This document shows, piece by piece, positions 12,382-25,640 of a stretch of 64,000 bases of DNA. The notes beneath the pieces were generated by a model. It was given only the letters and a program-made list of their open reading frames with translations. It was not told the DNA's origin and did not search any database. The position numbers were made by a program, and so were the translations under genes. Every line of letters starts with the position of its first letter. Within the stretch, counting starts at the first letter, position 1. The stretch comes from Tubulanus polymorphus (Eukaryota; Animalia; Nemertea): contig NC_134026.1 in the NCBI RefSeq assembly GCF_964204645.1, positions 14,294,150-14,358,149 of the forward strand. The letters run 5' to 3'.

Positions 12382-15300
12382 ATGTCAAACTTCGAGACTT
12401 TAAAGCAGCTACGGACCACACATCGTGGACAGTTTACCAAATTGAAGACCAAATGCGATCAGTTACTCACAGAAGAGAGCGCTGCAAAAGGTATGTCCAC
12501 CTTACTTACCTTACGTCATAAATTCGGTAAACTCGAAGAAATTGAGCGAGATCTTCTCAGTGAGTGTACGTTGAAGGGCGCAGCTTTGAGCGAATTCGTT
12601 TCAGCCGGAGACGATGAATTGAATGATAAATTGACTGATATCAATTTTCTCGAATTTGCGTTTAACTAGCTTTTGTCGAAAAATAGGTCCGATTCGAACA
12701 ATGCGCCAACCCATCAAAGGTCGAGAATTTCGTTGCCAAAATTGCAATTACCGAAATTTAGTGGCGATATCCTAAAATGGTCGTCCTTCTTGGATTTGTT
12801 CGAATCTACAGTCGACAACCAACATTCGCTGAGTGACGTCGAAAAGTTCGGTCATCTTAAATGCCATTTAGGCTGTGACGCTAGGCTCGTTATTGAAGGT
12901 CTGCCTTTAACTTCCGTTAATTATGTTAAAGCTAAACAACTCTTGAAGGATAGATTTGGCGTTTCTCATAAGATAAGCGAGGCTAATTTGAACCAACTAG
13001 TTGATTTAGAACCTCCAGTCTACAGTTTAAATTCGTTGCGTCGTTTTTATGATAATTTAGAGCTGCATATCCGAAGTCCTGAATCTTTGAAGGTCGGGGC
13101 CGAGTCCTATGGTACACTTCTAGTTCCTATTATCATGAATAAATTGCCCGCTGAGGTAAAGCGGAACATTGCGCGTGCGAATGGGAGTTGCGAATTTGAA
13201 TTGTCTGTGTTACGTTCTGCGATATTAGATGAAATTAATATTCTCGAGTTCTGCGATACGTCATCAGCCGGAACGATGACGTCACTTCTCGTCGACAATA
13301 ATACCGCAAAGAATGTGCATGATTATAATCGTGTGAAGTTTAAATGTCGTTTTTGTCAGTCGAATGACCATTACCCTACGGCTTGTTGGCTATACGTTGA
13401 ACCGCAGGCTAGGCTGAATTTTGTTTTACGATACAAGTTATGTTTCAATTGTCTTGGTGCTCATAGAATGAATAAATGTTAGTCAAAGGGTTCATGTAGA
13501 GTTTGTAACAAACGACATCATACTAGTATTCATCGGTCGGAATTTCCGGGGCAGTTGAAAGTTCAAGTTCATTCTGTTAATTCGAAAGCTGGGCCCTCAC
13601 ATCCACCGGTAGCTAAAACTCCACGTGAATTACAACATGGTCAAACGTCTAATAACGCTGCTGATTCAGATTCAGGGTCTTCAGATAAGGCTGGCATTGA
13701 TGATCCACCGCCACCAGTTTCTGAATTTAATCATCTTTCCGTGGTTGAGGGTGGTGTTTCCTCTACTATATATCTGAAGACTGCTGTAGCACCGGTGGAG
13801 AGTGAAGGTACTCGTCTTAATGCTCACATACTATTAGATGATGGATCACATCGTACTTTCGTTACGTCGGCTTTAGTTCGCCAGCTAGGTGTTAAACCTC
13901 ATAGATTTGAATCCGTTGATTTGAGTGGGTTCGGTGCTGTCAGTACTGGGTCTAGAGTAGTTGACGTCGTGTGGATCAGTATTACGTGTACTGTTGATAA
14001 ATCAGTTGTTTCTGTAGAAGCTATCGTTGTATCGGAGATAACCAGACCACTCAGAGTTTCTAACGGTTCAGTTAATTGCATACCTGAATTTAAAGGTTTG
14101 AATTTTGCCCATCCGCCGGGGTACAGTTCTAGTTCCTTTGATATCTCATTACTCATTGGATCTGATAATTACTACCTTTTTGTTCTTGGTAATCAGCTCA
14201 TTAAATCTGCATGTGGTCCGGTTGCTGTTCCGTCGAAATTGGGTCATTTAATTGCGGGTCGGTATAACGGTGATGACTTAACCAATTCTGTTCAATTGTC
14301 TATAATTGCTGAACCTGACACTTTCGATCTCAGACGTTTCTGGTCTCTAGAAACGTTGGGTATAGAGTCACCTACTGACCGAGATACATATTTTCTGGAT
14401 GAGTTCTGTAGTAAGTCTATCATGTTAGTAGACGGGAGATACAGGGTTAATTTGCCTTGGAAAGATAATCACGGCATACTACCCACAAATTATAATGTTT
14501 CCAAAGCCAGAACTCGCTCTACGGTTCGTTGTTGGAGAAATATAGTGCTATAATTACTGATCAATTGTCACGTGGGTTTATTGAGCCTGTTGAAATTCCC
14601 TCCGTTGCTAGCACTCGTGAGCATTATATTCCTCATCACCCGGTTTTCAGGCAGTCATCTACTACTCCGATTCGTATTGTTTTCGATTGCAGCTGTCGAC
14701 AGTCGAAGTCTTCCGTATCTCTTAATGACTGCCTGGAAGCTGGGCCACCGTTGCTGAACGATATTACTTCTATTTTGATGCGTTTCCCTTTGTTCAATTT
14801 TGGGATTGCCACCGATATCGAGAAAGCATTCTTGCAGATTGAATTAAGTCCTGATGATCGTGATTCAACCAGATTTTTTTGGTTGAGTGACTCTAGCGAT
14901 CCGGAGAGCGAGTTTACTATATATAGATTCAAGCGTATCTTGTTCGGGGCTACATGTTCACCCTTTTTATTGAATAGTTGCATTATATACCATTTGCGAA
15001 ATTATGAGAGTGAACTTTCTCAACTACTTCTGAGAGACATATATGTTGATAACATTGTATCTAGTGTTCCTACTGAGTCGGATGCTTTGCGTTTTTTCCA
15101 CGGTTCTAGACAATGCTTCTCGGAAGTCAATTTCAATTTACGTTGTTGGTCTTCCAACTCGAAAGAGCTCCAAAAGTCTGCTACTGATCAGGGGGTTATA
15201 GAAAGCTCTACTGTCGTGAATATTTTTGGTATCAGTTGGGATGTTGAAAAGGATGAGTTGTCTTATGTTCCCAAAGTTTTATCATCTGTTTATCCATGCA

Positions 15301-15862
15301 CTAAACGCCTTGTCCTACAGAGAGCTGCAACAGTTTATGATCCACTAGGTCTCCTAGCTCCAGTTACGATTCGAACTAAAATGCTATTGCAGGATATTTG
15401 GAAGCAAAACTTTGACTGGGATGAACCCTTGTCCGTAGAGTTTAGAACTAAATGGCAAACTATACTTGTTGATATTCGTGAGAGTTTAGAGTTGAGTTTC
15501 CCTCGTATTGTAAATTGTCATTTACTGGACGGTACAGATTCACCCGTTGAGTTACATGTCTTTTGTGACAGCAGTATCTCCGCTTATGGTGCCGTTGTTT
15601 ATATTCGTTGTGGAAATTAATCAAGTATTTTGATTGCAAAAGCTAGGGTCGCACCTGTCAAGGAACTCACGGTTCCTAAACTTGAACTTATGGCCGCGTT
15701 AATTGGTTCGCGATTGATTAAACATGCTTATGATTCTATATCTGTTGTTATTGATTTACCTGTTGGACTCTTTGCGTGGTCCGACAGTCAAATTGTACTT
15801 GGCTGGCTTCGTTCGAACAAGAAGTTGTCTGCTTTTGTTTCTAACCGTGTAAAAGAGATCAA
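12382..15862 (+). pseudogene. BEL/Pao LTR retrotransposon B gag-pol (DUF1759 gag, Zn knuckles, protease, RT, RNase H); 3' truncated
   Basis: LPKLQLPKFSGD..W..F, CFNCLG.H, ILLDDGSHRTFV, FWSLETLGI, YIPHHPV, DIEKAF, IYVDN, YDPLG, LHVFCDSS..AYGAV, KARVAP..PKLEL. A few stops and frameshifts. Confidence 0.93.
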
Positions 15863-17300
15863 GTACGCGATATTCAACTCAGATTCACTGTATGCGGTTG
15901 GTAGATCTACTCTCGCGTTCGATTCGTAATTACAAACCACCATATTACCGACGACGCACGTTGGAACTGTATGCTAGGCACCAACGGTCTGGATTGTAAT
16001 CGACTTTGATTTGCCGCGGCAGCCCAATTGAATAACGCTACCTGCTACCTGGATCGAGGAACGAACTTGCTCCCATTCCGGAGACCCACTTTCACATGAA
16101 TAATGGCTAACGTATAGCCGTCACCGTGACCGGACGAAGCACTTATCAACGTAATATCCAATGACGATTTGCAGATTTAGGCTGACACGGACTCTGTCGT
16201 CTGCTTTGGAACAGCAGTCTCCCCGACTGACAGAACCTCAAAATGGAGAATGGTCGGGTGACCCTTATGACACTTAGCGCAAACCGCTGGTTTTCCGGCA
16301 CTCACGTTTGTGGTGACCGGTACACAGACAACCGAAACATAACCGTTTCGATCTCATAAAATCCGACTGTTTCTCAGATGACAAATTTTCGAATTTACTT
16401 AGTTGACCATTTCATGGTCCTTTGCTGCACAGAACAGGCTGGTTTCGACAACCCATTCTCATACCGACGATGGCTACAAAAAGGCTCAGCGTTAGTGATA
16501 CTTGAAAAATGCCGATTAAGTTTCGACGAAACTGGACTGAACTGGCGACCAAATACAGGGTCATCAACTTTCTTAGCTTCCTTTTTAACAAACGCGGTCA
16601 ACGCAGTGAATGACACCGGCGCGGAACGCTCTCTGAGATCATAGACAAGTGACCGCCACTTGCCCTGAAGATATCCTGGTAACTTGGCGACCAACTTACG
16701 GAGATTGTCCGGATACTCGAGAATTTGCATGTCATTCACGGAACTAACAGCACTCTCGCATTCACTTAAAAATATCGAAAACTGACCCGAGCCTCTACTG
16801 TCTTGACTTCAGGACACTGTGGATCCTTTGTATTATTGTTCGCGCGCGCAACGTTACACTTAGGCTCTGAATTATTCGGTAAACGCGTCTGTTCTTCGGT
16901 AAATCGATGACTTAACGCATCGGTGGCGTCGCGTTCACCTTCGACGTCCAACATACGGGAATCGAACAGACTCGCAGCCTCCAATCGGGCGGTGGCTATG
17001 GCTAAATTAGACGATAATTGAAGTTCTTTTTTCTGTAACCGAATTTTCAGCTTAGCTTTCTCTAATCTTTTCTTAGCATGAAACTGATCGAGCTTAGCCT
17101 GGGCCTCGGCTTTAGCCTGCACCTCCTTCAGTCTGGGTACTAATTCGGTGGAACTACAACTCCGTTCACTGCCTGCAGCAACACTACCAGCGGGACTGTT
17201 ACGAATCGACATCTTTAGTAAGTCTCACTCACAGGTGCGAATGTTTCGTTAATGATGTAACTCTGTCGAACAATAAAGAATAAAGTCGAATGTCATAAAT
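15863..17300 (-). pseudogene. BEL/Pao element A gag/protease region (5' part), degraded
   Basis: Coiled-coil gag N-terminus, NLRKLVAKLPGYLQGKWR...DPVFG, and a CFGCL..GH Zn knuckle near 16310-16345. Same strand as 4272-6105. Confidence 0.8.
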
Positions 17301-17384
17301 GCGTCTTCTGTTCCTTTATTTACAAAGACTATTACTATGTGTAATATCTTCAGTTGGGCGTAAACAACTTATAACCGACCATCG

Positions 17385-17850
17385 AAAACATTTTTTATCT
17401 TCATTTTGAACATTAATTACTGCTTTTGTTGCAAATGGTCTTTTGATCTAAGATGATGCTTCAGTATCCTTTTCTGTTGTAAATTTTTTATTCATTTGTA
17501 AACATTTTATTACGTTTTGATTTTTTATTCCTTTTTCTATCATAAATATTTAAATCTAAAAATATGATTTCATTCAATGTTAAACCAGAACCCTCAAAAT
17601 ATCTTTCTTCAATATGACGTTTAAATTCATTAGATATTTTTTCTAATTTCACTTTTATTTGTGTTTTTGAAATTATTTCTTCAGAATGTGTTTGAATGTT
17701 ATACTCGAATTTGTTCTTCTGATTGTATAAAACTTACTTTTCCAGAAGGTCAAATTTCATTTCATCATATGTTACGAAATCCATTTTTTCCATTATTTCA
17801 ATAAATTTACTATAATCTTCTATTGTTGTGGCTTTAAAAAATCTTTTTTA
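17385..17850 (-). pseudogene. Maverick pPolB N-terminal fragment (divergent copy)
   Basis: Minus strand reads IEERYFEGSGLTLNE and TKAVINVQNEDKK, homologous to 22490-22720. Confidence 0.65.
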
Positions 17851-19245
17851 AGCCAGCCGTAGGCTGAGCCTATTACTATACAAATGGAGCGAATTTAAAT
17901 GACATGGTTTTTCATCATTCATTAGAGCATTATCCATTCTCCAACCCCTAGGAAGCAGAATTTTGAAAGAGGGCCTCGTTAAAATTTATATGAGATTTGT
18001 CGCAAAAATCTGAAAAATCTGTTTTAAAAAGCCAATCAGAAAGCGAAGACTCCTCTACGATTGGCTTAGCCGCAGAGATCAGCAGGTGTTCACGTGAACC
18101 CGCGGTATCGTCTACCGTTTTACTTCCGGGTTTTATTTTAAGATCTAAAATTTTATTTCAATATCGATTTCTGTGAAATCTTTAGTTGATTTGGTTTTTG
18201 GGAGGAATATTTCTATTTGCACTACAGAAAATATCATTGACGTTTGTGCAAAGTCCGGGAAAATAGCTTTTTCTCAAATCGAATGGATGACCTTGCAAAT
18301 TAGCCATGTGCTCAAACAGCAAATTCATTCAAATTTTATTGTGCAAAAAAGATATCAAATCCAATTCATTTTTACTTTATTGAACAAGGTCAAACAGTAA
18401 ATCCAATTCAATTTTGTTTTATATAGCAAATTTCAGAAAATGCACTTCTAATCTGCATTCAAATCACTAAGACCAAGGGAAAAGATTTACCTGAGGTATT
18501 TGTTCCTGCCAGCTCCAGTCGCTGTATGTGCTACTTATGAAAGCACGATTGAATTGTATACATATTTGCCTAGCGTTGACTAGTCTATCGAGCTGGGAGC
18601 GTACTTGGACAAATTTAACCCATAGAGTGAATCATTTGCCAATTTATAAAAAGCTGACAGGCTGGATAGTGCTCCTTGGGGCTCTTCTACTACGTAATGT
18701 TTCTAAAATTTCAATGGTATCTTTTATTTCTAGTGAAGCAATGTAATATTTTACATTTTCCATGTAAGCTTAATTTGAAATAGATTTAGTTTTTTTAATA
18801 GATTTTCTTAATTGTTGAGATTTATCATCAAAATATTCTGTTCTTAAAATATTTTTCCTTAAATTTTGTTTTTTTTATTCAAGATGTCTTTTAAAATTCC
18901 TTTTTATTATAAATTCATTACAAACATTGCTTTAAATTTCATTCAATTTTTTTATGATTTGCAGTTTTTTCGTGTCGACATTTTTGGGATTTATCGATGT
19001 ATTTTTTACAATATGGACAATAATATTGATTTTTATTTACATCAATATTTTCTGTTTGGAACTCACTCTTTCCCATTTATAAGGAAAGAAAATTTATAAG
19101 TGGTGATGAGTGATGTGCCTCTCACCCTCTGGTGTGAAAACGTCATTGTCTAAATGATATAGATAATATAGATCTTATAATATTGAAAAATATTAACATA
19201 AATTTGTAATCTTGAAATAGTTATGAAATGTGAAAACCATTTATA

Positions 19246-19372
19246 TATCTAGGCACGAGACGTACGAGTAAGAAACTAAGAATTCTTAAAAGAAACTAAG
19301 GAAAGAAACTAATAATTCTTACTTTCTTAAAAGAATTCTTAGTATCTTACTCGTCCCTCTCGTCCCTAAATA
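19246..19372. repeat. Imperfect ~125-bp palindrome
   Basis: TAGGCACGAGACGTACGAGTAAGAAACTAAGAATTCTT pairs with AAGAATTCTTAGTATCTTACTCGTCCCTCTCGTCCCTA. Confidence 0.75.
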
Positions 19373-19747
19373 TCATATTCATAATTAATGATTTATACCA
19401 TAAATAATCATATTATGTAAATTATAAGATATAAATGTAATAAGATATTGATTTTTACATACATATTGATTGATTCTTATTAATTTAGGATAATATTTAT
19501 TTTTAAGTAGCAGAAACCCTCAAGCTGATAGTGATGGATAAGCATAACCTTCATTACCAGAATAAATTTTGGAAAGTAATATCGTTTTAGCCATAAATAC
19601 AACTGCCTATTGGAAGTGGAGTGGAACAAATCTTGATGCCATAAACATTGTACCTTTTTGACTATCTGAACACATAACCACAAAGTGAATTCCTTTCCAA
19701 TTGACTTTCTTTATATACCAGTAATAATTGGTATGTCTCTATTTCAG

Positions 19748-19913
19748 GTGAAGGCCGCCTCGTGGGCCTTAGGAAAGGGAACATCCGTGGTTATTTGCAA
19801 TGGAACAACCACCCATAGAGCAATCCTTGATATCGTATACGGTAAGAAGGTTGGTACCTTCTTCACACCTGCTGTAGATACTTTCGACTCGATAGAAAAT
19901 CAGGCTTTAGAAG
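19748..19913 (+). CDS. ALDH18A1: Delta-1-pyrroline-5-carboxylate synthase (P5CS), internal exon, end of the glutamate 5-kinase domain
   Basis: TTTCAG acceptor and G|GTAAGT donor. Encodes VKAASWALGKGTSVVICNG...ILDIVYGKKVGTFF...ENQALE, matching the recalled metazoan P5CS sequence VKAALWAL.GGTSVVIANG...DIVEGKKVGTFF. Confidence 0.93.
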
Positions 19914-20070
19914 GTAAGTTTACATCGGAAGTTCTTTCCTTTTATCCTGATGAGTGCGCTTAATTACACCTGTCATCAGTCGTTACCCTAGGCCATATTG
20001 GTGGGAAAATTTCAAATTAAAAAATCTTTTGGCGGGAAAATCAATTATGTTCCGTTAAATCCAAATTAAA

Positions 20071-20669
20071 CTAAAATAAATCCAAATTTATTATTGGTGG
20101 TGATAAAGTACGTATCCATCTTTCGATTAAAGCACATTTTACTTCGTTTTTACGTTGGAAAGAGCGTACGCCTTCGTTTTTCAGATTCTCCGTTTTTGAT
20201 CCGATAAACTCTGTCCCAGAATCCGATTGGATAACGCTAGGTTTTCTAATCTTGAAAATCTTTTTAAAACCATCCACAACGGTAGAATTAAATTATTCTC
20301 TATCTAGACAATACATAAATTACCAGTCACGTATCTTTTGTAAAGAGATATTTTTGTTCTTTTTTACAAAGCCGTGGTAATGTATTTGCGTTTGAAAAAC
20401 TTCGTTCGCCATAATATTGATTCGACATGGATCTTTTCTGTTCGGCTTTCATCGATCACTGCTTTTTGACAGTCGTGATTAGGTTTTCTAGAGTCTTTAA
20501 AATGATTACCGGTTTGCAAAATTTCCATCCCGCACAACACACAGTCCGGATCCGCTCTGATCATACTTTTGGTTTCTTCCTGTTTGGAGACAACGACGTA
20601 TCTAAATCTTCGGTAAGTTCACCTTTGATACTTCTCTTTAACGTTTCATTCGGAATAAGACTCGTTAAA

Positions 20670-20734
<65 letters not shown>

Positions 20735-21230
20735 CTAGGCCAATGTATTCTTTTCTGTAAACGATTTATGTATTTCTTGCTGCAATAACTGTTTAAACTT
20801 TAAGTATTTGAGATCGTCGGGTATTTTGTTATCCGCTAGAAGGTTGTAGGTAGCGGGTGTTTCTTTTTCTTGTCGACACTTCTGACTGGCGATAAAAGCT
20901 TGTATCGAGGGTAACATGGAATCGGGTAAAGTGATTAACTTTTCAACTTCGTGCTGTTGCCTTATCTACTATTCGGTTTGCGGCGTGCGTTAAGACTGAC
21001 GACAGTATAGGTTTCATATAGGTAATAAAATGAATGGTAGAAATCCACCTTTTTGTGAAATTATTTCGTTTTTGTTAAATAGCTATCGAATTGTTGGCCA
21101 GCATACGTATGTAACGCTTATGTTGTTTTAACACGCGTTTATCTTTGTCGCTATGTTTTATATTCCCGGCTAAACTGCTTTTTTATATCTCATACGCACT
21201 TTAAGTCTGGCGGCGCCGATTAGTAATTGT
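20071..21230 (-). pseudogene. Fragments of a second Maverick family: rve integrase remnant and small upstream ORFs
   Basis: RKPSVIQSDSGTEF..KCALIERWIRTL, plus a small ORF containing QKGGFLPFIL near 21025-21055. Confidence 0.65.
20673..20730. repeat. (TA)n microsatellite
   Basis: Direct observation. Confidence 0.97.
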
Positions 21231-21435
21231 ATATATCTTGTTTCATATCAAAGGTTAAAGGGGCGAGTGAGTAAAAAATAAAAATAATTTATTTTCATTT
21301 TTTATGAGCTATATACGATATATACAATTAATCTAATAATTCCGTATATATGAATAACATATAAATAAATAGCATATATAAATGAATAACTTCTAATCAA
21401 TCAAATCAATTTTAATGAAAAATTTGTTATCAAAA

Positions 21436-21780
21436 TGGTGGGTAAACAAACACACAGTGAATTCTGAAATATAATTAAAGATACAACAAATGTCAAATCT
21501 GTAGATTATAAATTTAAAAATTTAAATGAATTAACAATTCATAAGAAATATTTAATTACTAATATTGAAACAATTACTAATAGATATGGAGATAAATTAG
21601 TTATTCACTTAGAATATGAAGGATTAAAAGGAAATAAATATAAATTCAGAACGTATTTACCAGATAGATTTCATGGATTATCAAGTGAAGATCTAGAAGA
21701 ATTATGTTCGGGTGATTTCTATTTCATATACAAAGGTAAGAATGAAAAAGGGCACCATGATATAGATTTCGAATAATATA
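21436..21780 (+). pseudogene. Small Maverick protein of unknown function (YGDKL...RTYLPDRF), with paralogues at 44630-44943 (-) and 56320-56612 (-)
   Basis: Three colinear copies sharing YKFK..ELT..KKYL.TNIET and FR.YLPDRFH.LSSED.EEL. Confidence 0.6.
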
Positions 21781-21812
21781 AAATCAATTTTAATAAATGA
21801 TTTGATATTAAC

Positions 21813-23078
21813 ATGGAAGTAAATAAGAAGTACTACTGTCCAACATGTAAAATCAATATAGATAAATCTCAAAAAGCAAGACATTATAAAACTAAAACAC
21901 ATTTAGAAAATAAATTGAAATAAGAATATAAAGATGATATATTAGAAACTAAATTAGAAGAATTAAAGAATGAAAAAGAAATATATAAATGTGATACATG
22001 TAATCAATCATTCAGTAACAAAAGATATTATAAAAACATTTAAAATCTAAAAGTCATATGATAAATATCAATGATGATATTTTAGGTTAAGATTATTTTG
22101 ATAAAGAAATTGATAATTAAAAGAATAAAAATTGAATTAAACAATAAAAGACCATCCATGGAAGATGTTAGAAATTATATTAATTAATTAGATAATAAAA
22201 AAGAAATAGAAACAACTGTAGCATTTAAAATTGATATAGGACCATTTGCTATCGAGTTTAAAATTTGTAAAGGTAAAACATTAGAAGAAAATAAAAAACA
22301 TTTAGAAAATATGAAAAATATTATAAAAATAATTGCAGACGTAGAATATCCTACGATTTGTATATCTTCTAAAGTTAAATTATTAAAATCTGAAGATAAA
22401 CCAATATATAATATAAATTCCCATTCACAACATATCATTTCAAAACAAAATATAGATGATAGATTAGATAAATGTTACAATGAAATAAAAAGTAAAATAG
22501 AAGAGAAATATTTTGACGGATCTGGTTTAATAATTGATGAAATAATATTTATGACGTTACATGTATACAATACAAAATATAATAAATTAACTGAGTCAAA
22601 ACCAATTGATAAAAATAATTTATCATATTATAAAGATGATAACATAAATGGATCAAGTTATATTAAACTACCATTTAAAACTAATGCTGTTATAAATGTA
22701 CAAAATTCTGATGATAAATGTTTTTATGGACAATAATTAGTTGCTTACATCCTACAGATGATATTACACATAGTTTTAGATTAACTAATTATATACAATT
22801 TGAAAAAAATTATAAGATAGACAATTATCTTGTTGAAATTAAACATATACCAAAAAAAGAAAGAGATAATAATTTAAAAATAAATGTATTCGATTTAATC
22901 AAATTACCAAATACAAAAGGAAATAATATTAAACATTATACACTAGAACCTTTATATTTATCAAAAGATTACGAATCAAATGGTGTTATAGATATACTAT
23001 ATTATGAAAATTATTATATGTGGATTAAAAGAATTAATTTATTTTTCAAATCAGAAAATGATTTTGATAATAAAATAT
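21813..23078 (+). pseudogene. AT-rich Maverick pPolB N-terminal region (Zn fingers, terminal-protein/OTU-like region)
   Basis: YYCPTCKINID, YFDGSGL, GSSYIKLPF..AVINVQNSDDKCFLWTI, YYMWIK. Cut off by the repeat starting at 23079. Confidence 0.8.
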
Positions 23079-23990
23079 AGCTGCCAAGCAGCGATGACGG
23101 GTTTTCTGCAAAGCCATTCAGAATGATGGGAATTGTAGTAAATTGCAACCACTGTGTAAACGTCAAATATGATTTACCTTTGAAACCGAACGTACGCGGA
23201 CGTACTATCAACAAATATGAATTTATTTGACCAGGCATTTATTTTGGCATTCAAACATCATGATACTGTATTATCACCCAAATGGATCTGTCCTATAAAG
23301 AACTCATCCTAAGCGCCTGCTGAGTTGATAGATTGAGTGAATTTACAGATAAGAACGTATTATGATTTGGAATAGATTAAACAAGTAAATCTTTTTATTG
23401 AAATATTTGAATAAATACACATAGTGTAATGTAGATACAATCAATAAATTATGAATTGATTTGGTCTGGGTTTCCGGCTGATGTTGATATTGGCTTTTAT
23501 GGATTACAAATATATGGATTCTATAGTGATAAACAATTGATACCTGCAACATGTGTGTAAATCAAACCTATTCCACTAGTTGCGTGTGTTTCCTAATAAA
23601 CGGGAGAGTCACTCTTGATCTGAGTTATTAGAAAAATAATGTTCATTTAGTTATATAAATCCATTGCCTTTTTGAAAATTCTGTAATAATATTTGTTCTG
23701 TTCTAATTTTTATTACTGTATGAACCAATGATATGCTTTGTAAATGTTATAAAATAAATTTGAATTTGAATAAAATTTGAACATGCAAATCAAGGATAAC
23801 TTGTGTTTTTTTTAACTTGGCTTACTTGTCCTTTGTTAACAGTTCCAGAGTTTCAATTACAATCAAATCCAAATTGGCTAAAAAGTACATAGGACTAAAT
23901 GAAATGAACCGTTAGTTACTGCAAACCTATTCCAGTGTTATGTCGATCGTGTTGAATCACTTTGCTTGAGTTGAAAAAATCTGATCTTCT
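23079..23990 (+). repeat. Unclassified interspersed repeat, copy 1
   Basis: 23154-23990 is colinear and highly similar to 63204-64000. Confidence 0.85.
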
Positions 23991-25424
23991 ATGGTGCAAC
24001 ATCGGTCGAAGAGAGATATCTTGGTGTTGACAGTCCTTGACCATCTAACTTCATGCGTTTGACATTGGAATCAGCATCATACCCATTTGAACTGCAAAAT
24101 ATTCATACAACATGAAAACCTACAGTACATGTATACAGTAATCAAACTTTCACCGATGTCGGATATTTGAATAAACGTTTGGCTTATTTCAGTATTCTAA
24201 AGCAGGAAATAATAAGCCCAATCAATAGGGCCTATTCCCATTGGAACAATGGTATAATGCGTACAGCTGTACCGTACACTTATCAGTCAAGAATGGAGAA
24301 ATCGGTATACCAATCCTACGAACAGCAAAATGTACAGGCCTACAATGATTTCTGGTATACAAGCCGTGACCACATGAACGTGAAATCCTATCCATGGTAT
24401 AATGGCACCAGTTAAAGTAACATCACTGTAGGGTCGACGAGAGGGAAAAAGTTGTGTTTGTAGTACATATACATGGTAGGCTATTCGTACTCACTTAATA
24501 CTTAAAACGCTGTTGTTACCTGTACGTGACTGTAAGGTGATTTCTACAGGTTAGCCGTATGTGAGTACGTTGACGCTCAGACATGCAATATTGGGATTCG
24601 AATCCAAGCGAAAACAAAATCCAGGATGAAAGCCACTAAATATTTGGATGGATATATGAAAGCTGAGGGCACTGGAGTGTGTAATGGGTAGTGTAGTGTG
24701 ATCTGTGTGCATTTGTGGCCAGCACACAGATCACATTGTTCATTGGGGTTTAGTCCAGGACTCGCGAGATTTTCAACAACACGGAAGTAACGTGTAATAA
24801 ATGATGACTTGAATAGCATGACTACCTACCACCCCTCATTATTGTTGGAAAACTAAACGTTCCGCACTGACTAAAAATTAGTAATAATAATTAATAACAT
24901 TTTAGAAATGGCCAGAATTTTAACTTAGGTTCTATCTCATTTTTATTTTACAATTGCGATTTGTATAATTTTTTTTTAAACGGCCGTTAAGGCTTCATGT
25001 TTCGTCTGCAATTCACTGCAAATAGTTACGCAACTACGCGCATTTCAGTGTTTTTGGCAGCTGTACACTCAATCGGCACCGTTCGTGACTAGCTTCACTG
25101 CGGAATTATCATTAATTAACATCGCCATATCACACCATCAACTTATATTGTGCCTTAAAACCCTAACAGCCGAAATAATTGAAATGCACACACGATTTCT
25201 ATCATTGAAAATTGAGAGAGTGGCCGTGTTTGTGTTCTGCTGCTTCGCGTTAATCCCGCGCGGTGGCGCAACCGCGCGGAGTGGGCCCGATACGTCTAGT
25301 AGTAGTCCAGTGATTTACCCACTGTGCCACAGAACGTAACTGCAGGTTGGATGAAATTTGATTTACAAATAGCCTAGCCTCACCTAACCCAAACTCTATT
25401 CTTTCACGCATGCGCGTTTGCAGA

Positions 25425-25640
25425 TTATAGGAACTCACGTACGGCGTTTTTAGGGAACTCACGTACGGTTAACCAGTGGATATCACCGTACAGTCACGTA
25501 CGGGTAACAACTTCGTACTAAAATGGTATTGGCTACTAAGAACTCACCTACGGCGTTAGTAGGGAACTCACGTACGGTTAACCTGTGGAGATCACCATAC
25601 AGTCACGCACGGGTAACAACTACGTACTTAAAATGGTATG
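25425..25640. repeat. Short tandem duplications (GGAACTCACGTACGG units; ~105-bp duplication)
   Basis: Direct observation. Ends in ACTTAAAATGGTAT, the same sequence as position 1. Confidence 0.7.

Noticed and set aside
17850-18170. Repeat-like segments with CCAAT/ACTTCCGG motifs (similar at 57780-57960 and 41560-41940)
   Set aside because: Probably non-autonomous repeats, but no termini, TSD or second copy could be established.
19685-19963. 92-aa ORF as a stand-alone gene
   Set aside because: Only 19748-19913 is P5CS-like and it is bounded by splice sites; the rest is intron.
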